Source: Takakia lepidozioides
Lineage: Eukaryota > Plantae > Bryophyta
Reading direction: 5' to 3'
Assembly: GCA_030704615.1 (NCBI GenBank)
Contig: CM060733.1
Span: 62,868,001-62,932,000, forward strand
Length of the DNA: 64,000 bases
Shown: positions 1-13,705 of the stretch, one piece after another
Numbering within the stretch: position 1 is the stretch's first letter
Layout: each line of letters begins with the position of its first letter
The notes under the pieces: generated by a model
The model's database searches: none
What the model saw: only the letters and a program-made list of their open reading frames with translations
What the model was told of the DNA's origin: nothing
Position numbers and translations under genes: made by a program

Positions 1-2098
1 GCTCCATGCTCATTGCAAAAATCAAGACCATGATGAGGAATTTTCTATGGGGTGCCTTCCCTCAACACCCCTCGAAGTGAGCCCTAGTCTCATGGGCTCA
101 GCTCTGTAGGCCTCGCAAAGAAGGAGGGCTGGGCTTGCTGGATCCACCTCTGCAAATTACGGCATTACTTGCAAAATGGATCCCTAGGTCGCTCACCAAT
201 GAAGGCAGCCCTTGGTGTAACTTAGTTCAAGAACACCAAGTTCGATCCTTCCCAGCAAATTCCACAGCATGGGCACCATGTCTCAAGTGGATGATGCATG
301 GTCATGGGAAGTCGAAAAAGATAGGCTCTGCAGCTTGGATCTCTATATGGGATGCCTGGAGAATAATGCGGCCTCATCTTACCCAGAGAAGAGCCAAATG
401 CTTTGAGGAGGCTGTCAGGCAACCCCTGTTTGGCAATCTCAACCTGGATTATGGCCCTTTGGCCTTTCTTCACAAACAATGGGCTACCTGGGAGGCAAAA
501 GGACTCTCTCATATTGCCAATGTCTGGGAAAATGGTCAGTTTATCCAATCCGGCCTCTTGTCCTCTCTAATTTCGGCCAGATCCATTGCTTGTGCTTGGG
601 ATCATATTATAAGAGGGGTACAATACGTTCAGCCCTTGCTAGTAGGGGATCCATGCACAGCCAGCGAATTGCCAGTATGGTTTGGATGCTCTCAAGGAAA
701 CCGCCGGCTTGCCCTCTTGGCCACCTCCACCTCTGCTAACCATTGGGAAGGGCTTCTCTTCCAGGCTGGGGATGGTGGGCATTTGACCCTTCTAGGCACA
801 GGAGAAATGCATCATGATCTAGCTTACCGGATACGGGTCTTTGAAACGTCCTCTGGATCCACAGAACCCAGCCCGCCCTTTGATGCGCAGATCTGCTGGG
901 CTCAGAAACTATCATTTGTTTGGTTCCTGTCCTTTCCTCTAAGTAGGCTGCAGCTTGACCTTGGAGAATGGTCATGGATGGATGGCAAGAAAACGCCATT
1001 GCTTAGATACAAATTCAAGACAGGTTACAAAATGCTTCTCGGGCAAAACAGCCAAGTGGAATGGCAAATGGAATCTTGACTTGCAAATCCCTGGTTGGAA
1101 CTCTATATGGAAGAATATCTGGGCCAAGCACCGTCTGGCCAAGATCAGTGTTTTTTTGTGGAAATTGGCAAACAGGATTCTCCCAGTGGCAGCCTGCTTC
1201 CCTGAGCAGGATACTACATGCCTTGCCTGTAACATAAATTTGGAAGAATCAGTAGAGCATGTTTTTACAGAATGCAATACTGCTGTTAGAACCTGGCAGT
1301 TGGTGATAAGGTTCTATCTAAACTGGAAAGCAGTGCCACATACCGATGCTTCTTTACTGATGCTTAATCTACGTAATGGCTCGATCCGGAACTCCTACCC
1401 AATTTGGGCATGCCTAAGGGCACACACTCTATGGGCACTGTGGAAGGCTAGATGCAGCCAAGTCTTTGAAGGAAGACATCCAAGCATCAGATTCATTCTG
1501 TTTAAGTTGTACTCTGAGCTGTTGACTGAGGGGAAAAAGGCATGGGTGTCACTGGTTGCTGCAACAGGCAGGTGCAGCGAAAGGAGGAGTCGTTAACTTC
1601 TCGCGGATTTCGACATCACCTTGGGCAAAGATGACCTCATGTGCACAAGGCTCGATGAATCGAGAGTCCAATGGCACAATGATATCCCCCGGGCATGGCA
1701 AATCGCCGGTTGAATCGGATGGTCTTGATGTCAATTGGAAACATCTCAATCCATGGGCTGCAAAGTCCAACGCCCACGTGGATTTTGGGGTGTGAGCTAT
1801 CACTGCTCTGATGCTGCAGGATTTTTATGTGCCAAACTCCGTATATGATGCAGCACTAGACCACTTCATCTCTTCACTTCTACATCACTGATATTTCCTC
1901 TCTTTGCTAGACAGCCTAGACTCCCACTGTTCCCCCCCCTCTCTCATAATGCAGGGTGCTTCCCCTTGTGATACGCCTCTATGGCCCCATCGGAGGTCAT
2001 TTTTTCCTCCTCTCTGTACTGTTTTGCACCTTCAATAAATTACCAGGGTCTCTACCCCCTGTTAACCAACAAAAAGAAAAAAAAAGAAAAAAAAAAAA
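1..2098 (+). mobile_element. 3' portion of an L1-type LINE retrotransposon (end of ORF2, zf-RVT region, 3' UTR, poly(A) tail)
   Basis: 5' end reads F-L-W-G..W..LCRPRKEGGLGL (post-RT LINE motif). ORF 955-1596 has the zf-RVT pattern 'IWKNIW..KISVFLWKL..RILP..C..C...ESVEHVFTEC' and 'LWALWKARC'. AATAAA at ~2034 and an A-rich tail at 2071-2098. Frameshift near 1050-1079. Confidence 0.85.
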
Positions 2099-3215
2099 CT
2101 ACTGTTGGGCGAAATATCTCTGCAATCATCCTCAGAGAAAAATAGTACTTGCTTTCTACTACACAGATAATATAACATGCACAAACAGTACCACATCCTG
2201 TCTTTTTTTCAAAAACAAAAACTAAGGGTACCAAGGTTATTACTCCAGATCAAAACTGTAAGGTTAAGTGCTGCAATAGTACTGAGATGGGTGACTTACC
2301 TTGAAGTCTGGTAGATCCAAACGGTTTTTACAATGCTATCTTTTCTTTTCGTTAAGAATATCTTTTTATAAAAAAAAGGGAAAGGAAAGGCTATTCCCGT
2401 TAATGTGATAAAATTGAGACAAGCAATAAAGAACCCTGTGAGAGTCATAAGGTTTGTGAGGAAAATCTGCCAGGATCCTACAAGGTGGGGACAATCACCT
2501 CCAAATGCAACAACAAAACCTGAAACTGCTGACGAATCACCTAATCTGTGCAATTTCCCTGCTAATTTTGATGAGGAAATCAATTGGTGGCATCGTAAAA
2601 ATAGGAACTGTAAGATGAAATCTAATATCGGCTGTGCGCCTTCATTATGCATACCTCGTATCTTTTCAAATGTTCTATTAATTAACTAATAATTGTGCCC
2701 CAAAAACAAATTTGAGCTTTTGCTAACATCTCCCTACTTCACAATCTACTAGACCCTCTCTCCCCCACGGTTTCTCACCCTCTCCCCTCACTTCTCCCTG
2801 ATATCTCACCCTCTCCACTACTTTTGCTTCTAGGTCTCTCACAACAGGAAATTAGCCAGTGCTGTCCCTGAGCCCTCCACATACAGCGAAGGAGCACTCA
2901 TTTCTAGAAGCTTCACATACCTCCTCCTTTCCTATTGCTTATGACAGATGCTTGCAAACATGCGCACCTTGTAGTGCTGCGCCACTCTGGAAGCATCAAC
3001 ACTAAGGCCTCACGCCACCCAAATACCCCAACCCATTGGCTGCCATTCTTATTTCCCCGCCTGAACCATTCACTAATTAATTATTGTATGGAGAAGGGTA
3101 CTTATTTTTACCACACACAACCAAATCAACATCAATGGCAAGCTGCAGCCATTGCTTCCATCATTCTTTCCAAAAGTTAAGCTATTACACAAAGTCATAG
3201 ACTGTTACATCCCAG

Positions 3216-6200
3216 TTATCCCTCCAGTATGCGGAGCTCGGCCATAGCTTCATGCCGTGTGGGAGAGTACCAGACACATAGCTTTACGGCACCTAATGAC
3301 TCCAACGAGTAGTCAAGCCCATATGTTATCTCCTGCATTCGTGGCCACTCGTTTGGAGAAGAAGGGTCCAAGCCAAGTCTGGCATCTACACGAGCACGCA
3401 ATGGGCCTACCACCTGTACCAAATTAAGCATTAATCACTAAGTCAGATTCCCATCAAAATACATCCACGCAAAATGCGCTCTGTGACAATTTGCACTGGA
3501 TTGCAATTTGAGAGACAGCTTGAAGAATTCCACTTTACTAGAAACATTGAGTTTGTTGTTCAAAGTTACATTACAAATCCCTCTATGGCTGCAAGGTGAT
3601 GGTAAAAAGGGGGAACCTTACATTCCCTTCAGGGGCATTTCAATGCATGATGAAATCCTTGCTTTAAAGGCATCTGTGCCATCAACCCCAAGCCCCATTT
3701 GAATGAAGCCGAATGATCCGGGGGAGAGGCGGAGGGCAAAGGTGAGGGGAGCAGCAGGGGGGCCCACTACAATTGCAGAAGATTTCCCACTCTAGTGGCG
3801 AGAAAGCTCTTAATGCTAGCATTAACTTCCTGTGAGGTTTACCCCAGTGGTGTCTCCCGGGCTGCCCAACAACCACCATTTCTGTACCGGACCAAAAAGA
3901 GGTGAAGTGATGATCTATTTCATGTTTTGAAAGTGGGTCTCAAACATTAAGCAGAGTACCCAATAACATACAAATCTTTGCTAACATCACCACCCATGAA
4001 CACTGATCATTATGTGAACTCCTGTTTGCAGCTGGGCAGAACAACTCGGTAGAATCATAGAATCAAAGAACAAATTAAACCCCACATATTACACTAAGGT
4101 GCAGTGGATTTATAGCAAGGGAGGGGAAGAGCGGGGAAGGTGGGGGGGGGGTGGTGGTGGTCACTATACATCACCTGTTGCTGCAGTGTCATGGCCAAAG
4201 TGGGAAACCACCCTTCAGTACTTTCAAATGCATTTGATGATGTGGCCCCAGCAAATTTAGAATATATGGTGGATGTAGCAAATGCTGATGCTGCGCCAAG
4301 ATCAATGCGTGCACACAGATTCGTATAATCCAACAGGGATCTCTGGAAACGGCCAAACTGGGCATTTATTGCCAATGATGCAAACAGATCTGCAGTGACA
4401 GGCCCACTGCTCTCAGGCTGGGAGCATGCCGAGCTCTCAGAATCAATGTTTGCCTGGAAATTATCATTTCCACTTTTGGGTTTCAAGCCCGCACTCACTA
4501 ACCCACCTGTCATACCAACACATCTCATCAGCATATACATCATCTCACTAGATGCTGTGTAATAAGAGTCCAGCTGCTAGCATGGAAGCTGTGCATCTAG
4601 GCACAGCTATGAGTGCCCAAGAGGAGTAAGAGGAGATGAAGCTTATCTTGCTTATATACGAAATACCCATAGTAGTATCATATTAATCAAACAAAACGTT
4701 AATATCCTTCTACAATAGTCTAACAACTAGCCTCTTATTTCACACTGAGAAGAGACCCTTATCACTTACAAATGCAAAAAAAAGGAATTTCGCATCATCC
4801 AAACTGAGTACGAACAAAGAAAATAGAGAGGAGCAGGATGGAATCTCCTTCATGAAATGGTTTGCTCAGCAGATCCTCCTTTGACTGATTTCATTAAATA
4901 AACCCTTTGCCCAGATTACAATCCCTAAGAAAAGTTTACTCATTCCAATCTACATAAATTATTTTGGAGAAATATCACTTAAAGGAACTGAGGCTGGATC
5001 TGATACCACAAATGCCAGAGAGAGAGATGCAGGGGCTGGCCGCAAGAATATTGTAAGGCTTTCGGGATTGGCGCCTTCCAGGCTCTAGGATCCCTCTCTT
5101 CCATAAATTCACTGACTTCTCCACTGAGGCAGCAGCCTGAATGCGTGTTCCTGGCAGTGCGCCTGATGGGACCCTTCTTGCCCTTTGTTCTCTCCCACAT
5201 CCCAGTGGAGACCCTACACTGTGGTGCACGCCGATCCTATAGCGAAGCCCTGCTGGTGACCTGGCAGAGGCTATATCTAGTGATACTGCCTGTGGCACAT
5301 CCCAGTAGCATGCTTCACGGTCCACAAAGCACTCATGCCAAGCAGCTTCCATGATAACATGGTGATGGTCCAACTTCACCCAACACAGCCCATCCACAAA
5401 ACCAACATGGGTTACAGTATGGAGTGATGACTGAATTGCTGCCTACCGTGTGACCCGGGTTCAGTCTGAGAGAGACAGTATGCCCACCCTTCCCTTCATG
5501 AGCAACATTTTTGCAAATTGATACTTGAGGAAAGCCCAACAAATCAACACTGGCAGACACTGAAACTCACAAGCCTTCATGCCTTTGCAGATCAACCTCT
5601 CTCTAACTGATATGCACCTGCAGTCTTGCTCAATGAACAAAAGGAGCTAATCGAAATCCCAATGTTGACTCCTGACAACCTATAATACTGAGGTTCTCAA
5701 CCATTTCATACACAACAGGCCAGGAAAGACCAGTTAAGAATTCTTCTCACCTTATGCCGAAGTGTTACTCGACCTCTCCATGGGGTCCTATCATTAGGAT
5801 CTGATCCGTTGTCATTTGGAGAAGCACCTGAAAGGGAGTCGAGTTCTGAGGTAGCACCAAGGGATGTGCGAGGACCTAGCTGAAGACGTGTGCGTAGACA
5901 TAGAACATAGATGGAGCTGTCAAGGAGACGGCTAGCACATTTCTGCCACTTGTTCTTGACCTGCATTGCTGTTGGAGGAGAGTGGCTACCAAAGTTTTGA
6001 TTTTGTTGAGGACTATCCTTCCCAAACAATCGCTGCGCCCGAACACGCCCTGTTAGTGTGGCCCACCTGCATATGCTTCCTGTGAGTGAAATTTTCAAGC
6101 AATGAACATTCATGATGTTACCCTAATCATCTCAGTGAGCGAACCAATAAACCAGACAGAAGTGGATGTAAACACAGCCCCTTTCGAGGTATTTCAAATG

Positions 6201-6951
6201 GAAGCGGGTTCATTTATGGCCCAGCCTGAATTTTTCAGCAACAGAGGAGTAGGGGTATAGGAGATTTGGGAGACCAGAACGTCCCCCGTATCACCAATAA
6301 AATAGACATGATGCTATGAGAATCCAGAGTCACTTCCCCTGACACTAGAAAGCTTGAAGGCAGGGGCCGGCTATCACCCACCCAAATCATATCAAGAAAA
6401 GAGACATTCGATTCTTCAGGCAGGGCCTGAACTCTTCAGATCACGACCCAAAGCAGAGGAGACTGTCTTGTTACCTGGTCTTGTTACCGGTCCTTCAACG
6501 ACTCTGACAGCCAATTCAGTTTCAATATTTTGTTGAATCAGGTTGGAGAGAAGGACTCCCGCGGTAGGTGCCACCAATAGACACTGAGGCAAAAGTAGCC
6601 TTTCATCCTTTTTCTGGAGCATTTTATGTCTGTCTCAAAATTTGCAAGAAGAGAGGCCAGGAAATACAAGAACGAAAAACAGCGAGCCTACCAATGCGAG
6701 CCTCCTGAGCTGGCGAGGACGCGGTCAAGAACGAGGCCACCCCCCGAGTCAGGGTCGAGGGCGTACGAGGGCATACACGGCACCCATAGAAAGCGCTGCA
6801 TCATCAGCAACTGTTGCGATCTTGAGAGGTGTGTTCCTTGCAGCATGCCCAGCGGTGGGGGCTCACTGGGCAGAGTGTGCACCACCGCATCTAATGACCG
6901 AGAGGACTCCACTTCCTCATTCCAGAACTGCGCTGCAAGCACTGACTTCAT
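3216..6951 (-). CDS. TGD4: TRIGALACTOSYLDIACYLGLYCEROL 4-like chloroplast outer-envelope lipid transfer protein; 5 exons: 6951-6692, 6066-5751, 5373-5007, 4506-4175, 3413-3216
   Basis: Spliced translation matches the TGD4 family: 'FWNEEVESSRSLDAVVHTLPSEPPPLGMLQGTHLSRSQQ', 'FVDREACYWDVPQAVSLDIAS', C-terminus 'KLCVWYSPTRHEAMAELRILEG*'. GT-AG introns are frame-compatible. Could be the At2g44640-type paralogue; the start codon is provisional. Confidence 0.85.
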
Positions 6952-7299
6952 TTCAATCTCTCTCCCCTCTAACTCGTCAGATCCCCTATGTATCCAGGAT
7001 GGGACGAGTGAGAAACACCGCCCAGCGCGTGCATCACACTGACCCTGCAAGAGACGGAAGGCCTGTGCGACCAAGTCCCCAACACAAACTGCCTACCGTC
7101 TCCTCCAGCAGAGAAGAGTGATTGAATGAAAATCTCGGTATCATCCATCAAAACCCAACATATTATGTTGTGTTCTCAAGGTGATATGTCCTGAAGCTGG
7201 ACTTGCACCAGATTTTGCTGTGAGACTGCATATGTAGCTAAACGCACCAGTATGATGGATGCTATAAAGTATTTGAAACATTGGGCGAGCAAGATGTGT

Positions 7300-7770
7300 T
7301 ATCAGGGTGGTAGCAGTATATGCTCAGCCTCGGTGCATGGTGGGGAGGCCCTCCAACTCTTTGAACAAATGCAACAAGAACGCTTAAAGTATAGGGTAAG
7401 GCCCGATGGACGTAAGGTGCCTCGAGAGGAGGAACATTCAGCGTAAGGTCGAGAGGATGGCACCTTACGCCCAGTAAGGTACCTCCACATACACTAAGAA
7501 ATTTGAGCCAGTTCTTTACGCAGAATGGCATTATGTTTACGTCACTAGTCACTTACTCTGATTCCATGAAAAAAATAAAAATAAAAGAAATCCATGAGTC
7601 CACATTATGGCCTCCCGTCTACAGTGGAGCATTTGACTGCATCATGTGGACCTTAACATGATTGGATGAGGCAAAGGACTTTGTTAATAATATATGTACC
7701 AATTGAACCAGGTCATGCTTCAGTGTGGGATGGGCCGGCAGAATGCATAGCGATGTGAAGCGAGCCGTTC
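7300..7770 (+). pseudogene. Degenerate PLS-class PPR/E-domain fragment
   Basis: Fragments 'HGGEALQLFEQMQQE' and, across frameshifts, 'TVEH..C..VDL...LDEAKDFVN..PIEP..ASVW....RMHSDV' resemble the S2/E motifs of PLS-PPR proteins. No intact ORF. Confidence 0.5.
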
Positions 7771-7800
7771 ACATGCTAAGGAATTCCAAAAATGCCTTGA

Positions 7801-8828
7801 TGTGAAATGCATCGCAATTCACTTGATCCACCCCCTAAAAGTACGCAATTCAATTGAACTGCTAAAACTAGCTTGAAAACAACCCTAATTTGCAATTCAA
7901 TTCAATTGCTACTTGAATTGTCAAGTAGCAATTCAATTGAATTGTAATCTATAATTTTTAACTTATTTCTGTATATAATATATATGTGTATATATTCATA
8001 TTATATATATATGTATACAAAAATATAAGCTGAAAATACATGTTGCCCGTCTGTCTATCCTTTGCCCGTGGTAAGGCCTGAGCACGAGATAAGCCTAAGA
8101 AAGAGCGAGAGAGGGAGAGAGAGAGAGGAAGTCACGAAGCGCTTGCCCTAAGAGCGCCTCTTTGTGGATGTTGGTGCCAATATATGGCTATGTACATATA
8201 CCAAACAATGTAAGAGTATCAACGTATAAGAGTTTGATATATTAAACTCTGTATGGAACACACATCCCAACTTCAACATGATACCTTTGTAAGGGTATCA
8301 AAACAATATTATTTTTTATAATTCTCAAGATGAACAGGGGTTGTGTCCTGGGGCCAAATACTAGTGCCAGGGAACTACATGATGATGCAGGGGAAGCCTT
8401 TCATCAATTGTTAGGTTTGATTTTGTCTGTTTCTTTCAGAGCCCGCCATGTTTCTTTTGCCAGTGAATCGCAGCAGGAAGCTGCTGATCTCTCTCCCTCT
8501 CTGGCTCTCCCTCTCTCGCTGAGGCTGGCTTCACAACTCCACGATTCCCTAAGGGACACAAGATAGAGGGGCAACAAGAGTAGATGGGCAACATGTATTT
8601 TTAGCTTATACTCTCATATATGTATAGTATAACTTGAATATATATATTATATATATCATATACAGAAAAAGTTAAAAATTATAGATTACAATTCAATTGA
8701 ATTGTGAGTTGACAATTCAATTGAATTGCCAATTAGCTTGAAAACAACCTAGTTAAGCTAGTTTTAGCAGTTCAATTGAATTGCGTACTTTTAGGGGGGT
8801 GATCAAGTGAATTGCGATGCATTTCTCA
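7801..8828. mobile_element. Non-autonomous foldback/long-TIR element (~1.03 kb, TIR ~250 bp)
   Basis: 7801-~8052 (tgtgaaatgcatcgcaattcacttgatc..aaaagtacgcaattcaattgaactgctaaaactagctt..catgttgcccgtct) is the reverse complement of ~8581-8828. The arms contain CAATTCAATTG subrepeats and AT microsatellite. No clear TSD. Confidence 0.8.
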
Positions 8829-9091
8829 GACTGGTATCATGCCAGAAAACTGATTTACAATCGGGTCGAAAACCCCACTAATATGGTGCCAAAGTTCAGA
8901 CTGGTATCATACCAGAAAACTGACTTATAATCAGGTTACAACCCATAAAAACCAAAAAGGATTAAGGTTGAGAAGCCGAATCGTATCAGATGCCCCACTG
9001 AAGCAGTATGTAGCGTCAATCGTCATGCAGCAAAATGTCTGCTCAGGTGGGATCATCTTGTGCTGGAACATATGCAGTGCTATCAAACCTT

Positions 9092-9791
9092 GGTGCGCAC
9101 CAGTTTTGGATTAGTGTATGGGGGCGAGGCTGGGTATCAGCAGGTAAGGGTATCACAGTAGGGTACCAGACCAGGCAGGTATAAAAAACTGGCATTACCC
9201 CAGGCAGGGGGCAATATAGTAAAACTCTAATACCTGGGCTCCTACCAGACCCAACCTGGTTTCGCAAGGAACACAACTTTGTCAATACCAGTACTCTGTC
9301 TTCCGCCGTCGCTTGCACCCTAGGTATCAATATGCTATTCAAAAATCTGCTTAGGCTCGGAGCAGTGTCTCATTTATCAGCCTGTATGGCTCTTGTAAGG
9401 TTATTTTCTCCTTACCATCTTTGTACCTCCTTGTTATTATAAATAAAGGCACTAAGCGGCTGAAATGGTGAACTTCAGCAGCTGAAGTGTGGCATTCAGC
9501 TTCAAAATAATTATTATTTTTTAGATCTGTCCAAATTATACCTGCCATGGAGAATTTCTGCCATGGAGCTCTATTGATCTACCCCCAATATAAGATTTGA
9601 AATTTGCAATACTGATACCATACCATACCATGCCAAACCAAACAATGTACATACCAGATTGGTACATGAAAAGTTTAATATCTACTTTGATACCATTACC
9701 TGCCAGGTATGAAGGAGGCCTCTTCACCGACAATACCAGAACCTGGCTGGTATGAAATGTTTATGATACCGGTCCAACAATGGTGCGCACC
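9092..9791. mobile_element. 700-bp non-autonomous TIR element with 5-bp TSD (ACCTT)
   Basis: Left end GGTGCGCACCAGTTTTGGA; reverse complement of right end GGTGCGCACCATTGTTGGA. ACCTT flanks both sides (9087-9091, 9792-9796). Many internal ATACCAG/CTGGTAT motifs. Confidence 0.75.
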
Positions 9792-10158
9792 ACCTTAAGA
9801 TGCATGTTTTGATACATATGAAAAAAGAACTTTTAGGCTCCATAATTTACAAGGTGAACGAAGTTAGGTGACCGAAGGTAGTAACCTGTAATTTTTAATT
9901 TTCATTTATTTTTCTCTTATTTGTTTTTTCTTTTTCTCCTATTAGGATGGCATAAGTAAATGATATGATTATCCAATATTCTAATTTGTCATAACTAGTA
10001 GATTCATCCCATCCAGCTTAGTTGCTATTGAAAGGTCTTTCTCTCCTTGATTCTCCCAAGGACAATCAAGATTTCATCTCAAAATTTTCTCCCATATTCC
10101 ATCGTCGGCAAACAAAGCACTATCTCTCCTTGATTTTATCATGGACAATCAAAATTAG

Positions 10159-13100
10159 GAGGTTAGCTATTTCATGAGCATGAGCGGCATGAGCGGAGTA
10201 GTAAGACAATCGGTTTTCATGAGCAGAAGTACAAATTCTGCAAATAAAAAATATAAAAAATATTATTTTAATGGGATGTGTCAGAAAAAGAAAAAGAAAA
10301 ACCAATATAATATTCATTGTTTGAAGTAGAAATTGTAATTTTGAAAGCCGTGCTCATGATATTTCGTCTTCCGCTCATGCGAATTCCGAGCGACATCTGC
10401 AAAAATGGCGCCGAATTTCGCGGTAATAGGTTCCGCAAGCAGAAAAATCAGCGACGTATTGCGCGGTAATAGGTGTCTCCGGCGAAAAATGGTGCGGAAT
10501 TTCGCAGTTATAGGTCCCAACTTCATTGAAGTGTAAGCCCAAAATTTGGAAATGTGACGCCGAATTCCGGTACATGGTTCCGGGCATTGCACAAATGTTG
10601 GGCAGTTCTAGGCCATGTAACTGGAAATTCGGCGCCATTTTTCCAGACAATGTTGGGACTTAGCCAGTTTTCGGCCCAAAAAAAAGAAATTCGGCGCCAT
10701 TTTTCCAGAAATGGCCCCCTCAACTGTAATTGTTGGAACTCAGTTTTCTGGAAGATTTGCAAAAAAAATCTGCCGCCATCTTTGTATTGATTCTGTTTCG
10801 ACATTGAACTGCCACTGGACGTCAACGGATATCCAGCAGTCCCTAGTGTTTAAAAGACATCACTTTAATATTGTCTGTCTCATTCCAGGAGTTTTGGGGT
10901 GCAATTCATTACACTGCAAAACAAAGTCTAATGCATCAAAATGCAATTGCAAATATCCATATGGTGGATTCTCTTTTCTCCATCAATGATTTCTGGAATC
11001 CCGGCGGAGGAGTTTGTGCAGCTCGTTCACGCTCAACGCTGGTGCATGAATAAAGTCATCAATAGTCAAGTTCATCCTCAACCTCTTCAGGTAAATGTAA
11101 TACAGATGCTTGCACGGATAATACTTTGACCTCTTTTTTGCTTCCATCAACGAGAAGTCCGTACAATTGCAAGTCGACTCCACTCCAATCGTAATTGTGT
11201 ATACGTCGTCGCGTACAGCTGAGCCGGCCGTTGCCATCTGATAAACACGCCCAAGGCCGGGTGGGGGTACGTTCACGGAGCTCTGAATAGTGCAAGCCAT
11301 CCCAAGAGCATTGGCAATCCGAGTCTCATTCAACTTGTTGGGAGGGTGTCGTCTCTTCACTCTTCCGAATCGCATTGTGGGATGTGCAGAATTATCCAAT
11401 CCGTCTCTACTAGACCGAGCAGTCTGCAATGGCTGGGTCTGAGGAACTAGAAACGAGTGGGTCGGGACGTCTGTGAGTTGCACCATTTGAAATCCTGCTG
11501 CAGAAAGAGCATCTGCCTCATTCTGAGAGAGGTTGCAACCCGGTGCAACAAGCCAGACGCCCGGAGGCTCCGGCATTCCCTGAATCCCGTATTTGGGCTT
11601 GCCAAATACACAGGTCATTATGTCGTGCCTACAGAACCAAAACGTCTGCGTTGTGGCGTGAGAGAATGTGGGAGTCAAAAATCTGCCGCTGAAACAAGGT
11701 GCAGGTACAGCACCATGTGGGTTCCTCCGAATCATCTCACCACAGCATGCTCTCGTATCCACTCGGATGGCGCAACACTTCCCTCGAAATGCCGGCAATG
11801 TCCTTGCAATTCTCCACTGTGACTCCGACACTCTTGTCTCCACAATGGGTATGTTGTACTGCGTTACTACAGATGGCTCGTTATGTTCCTCGGGCACGTG
11901 CCATGTGCTCAAAAGAGATGGCGATCTTGAACGTGCAGGACTTGCGGTGCTCGACGAGACCTCCTCGGGCAACATCACGGGACCACGAGGGAGCGTGCAA
12001 ATATTCTTGTCAGAATCCTCTTCTCTGCCAGGTGCCTCGTCAAGTCTTCGTCTCACTGGACGGGTGTGAACATCTTCTTCCAAGTGTTGGCCTCTTCGAA
12101 GCAATGGCGTGTCCCGAAGGCCCTCTCGCAAGGCTGCCGCCCACTTGCGAGGATTCTTCGATCTGGAGGCAGTCCGCATCAGCATTTTCTGCTTGTCCGG
12201 CCCCAAGCCCCACTGTTTCCCTTTCAAGAACTCGTTGTATCTGCATTGCTGCATAATTGACCTGACAACGTTGTGGCAGTGAGGATGTCTACCAGATGCG
12301 CCGCAGAGGAGGCACGCCAGGAAGAATGTACTGATTCGGCCATGTTTGTTGTCGGCATGTCGGTGTCGGAGTCCAGACACATTTCCTGCACATGCAAATG
12401 TTGAGGTTACAAGCAAGTTACAAATAACGAGTAGCATAATATTCAACGGGACGCGAATTCGTCCAACTCACCTCCCGCATATAGTCGCCGAACTGGAGGA
12501 AACGATAATGCCACCATGCTAGCCAACTGACCATTGCTCCCTCGTCTGATTTCTTTACAGCACCTGACGTTGTCCACCAAGCCCGTATACATGCAAATTG
12601 TGTCTCTGCATCATCCAAGGTGGGAGTACGCTTCCACGCAAAACACATGGAACGGTGCTCATCTCTGAAATCTGGCGTTACGAGCCGGGTTGTGTACTGC
12701 GACAAGCTCTGCAGAAAATGGAACCCACAAGATCTCTCCTTGTCTTCCATCGGAACATTGGGTCTTCCCCGTACACCCTTCGGATGGCAGCCCAATTTGC
12801 TTGTGCGTTGTCCGCCATGAAACCACGGAAATTGGGAGAGGGCAATCCCGCCTTGGCAATCTGTTCGTTTATTCCCTGCCAAAGAAGCATATCCGATTGT
12901 GTGTCCTCTCCTTTCATCTCACAAATAGCAATTGTCATTAGCATCCTGCAGTGGGTGTCGTAGACATGTGCAGCCATTGTCACCCACTGGTGATTTGTAA
13001 TTCGCTTGATATGGTCGAACATGACCCAACTGTTTGACAAGTCCTCACTCGTCATCCGGTCGACCAATTCGACGCCGCTGCCAGGCCTACACGTGGACAT

Positions 13101-13705
13101 TTTGAATACGAAACAACGATCTGCCTCAGTCCCTTGTCCAGGAAACCTACTTTCCATGAATGTAGTCATATCCACATCGCCGCTTCACCTCCAAAATGGA
13201 GTGCATATCCGAACCACGCCCAATTTTCTGTTTGCAGGAGACAATGTAGTTTCGGACATTCGGTGAACAGACGTGGGACACCGACTCCAGCAATGCCTCC
13301 ATTCCCTTCTCATCGAGAGGAACTCTGTCGGAGCCATCTTCCGACATAATTCTGGCCAATGTCATCTTATGGGCGGCCTGCAGCTGTATCTGTTTGGGTT
13401 TGGCACCTAACCTCCTCCTGAACGAGCTGCTTTGCGTCGTGGGCAACCTCCCGCGAATTCCCCCTTGCCAATTTATGACAATGGGAACCAACGTGTATGC
13501 AAGCTCGTGTGAGGTCAGGGAAACGGTGCAACACATAGAATTGCTTGGCATTACAAACAGACATGCAATGTGGTGATTTTTTGCAATGCGCACACTTAAA
13601 TGTGGAGTTTGGAACCTTCTCCTGAGCTCGAAATGGTTGATGAGTTGTGCCTGTCCAATCCGTCTCGTTCCTATAACCTCTGGATTTAAAGTAGAAGCAA
13701 GTTGA
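10159..13705 (-). mobile_element. Truncated copy (left terminus plus 3' part of the transposase) of the GCM-SWIM MULE family seen complete at 47923-62761
   Basis: Terminus GAGGTTAGCTATTTCATGAGC versus GAGGTTTACTATTTCATGAGC at 47923, with CATGAGC subterminal repeats. Homologous transposase with an intron at the same position. Homology stops at ~13705. Confidence 0.85.
10983..13705 (-). pseudogene. 5'-truncated, frameshifted MULE DDE transposase with SWIM finger
   Basis: 'WVMFDHIKR', 'FMADNAQANWAAIRRVY', 'CGFH', 'TNMAESVH', SWIM 'CNCTDF...YPCKHL'. Intron 12471-12386 (GT-AG). Confidence 0.8.

Noticed and set aside
7390-7490. Small inverted repeat (cgtaaggtgcc...ggcaccttacg)
   Set aside because: Too short and without a TSD; at most a decayed MITE remnant.
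7804-7820. Similarity of the foldback end (gaaatgcatcgcaattc) to the MULE palindrome
   Set aside because: Lacks the CGG/CCG core and the CATGAGC termini; likely chance.
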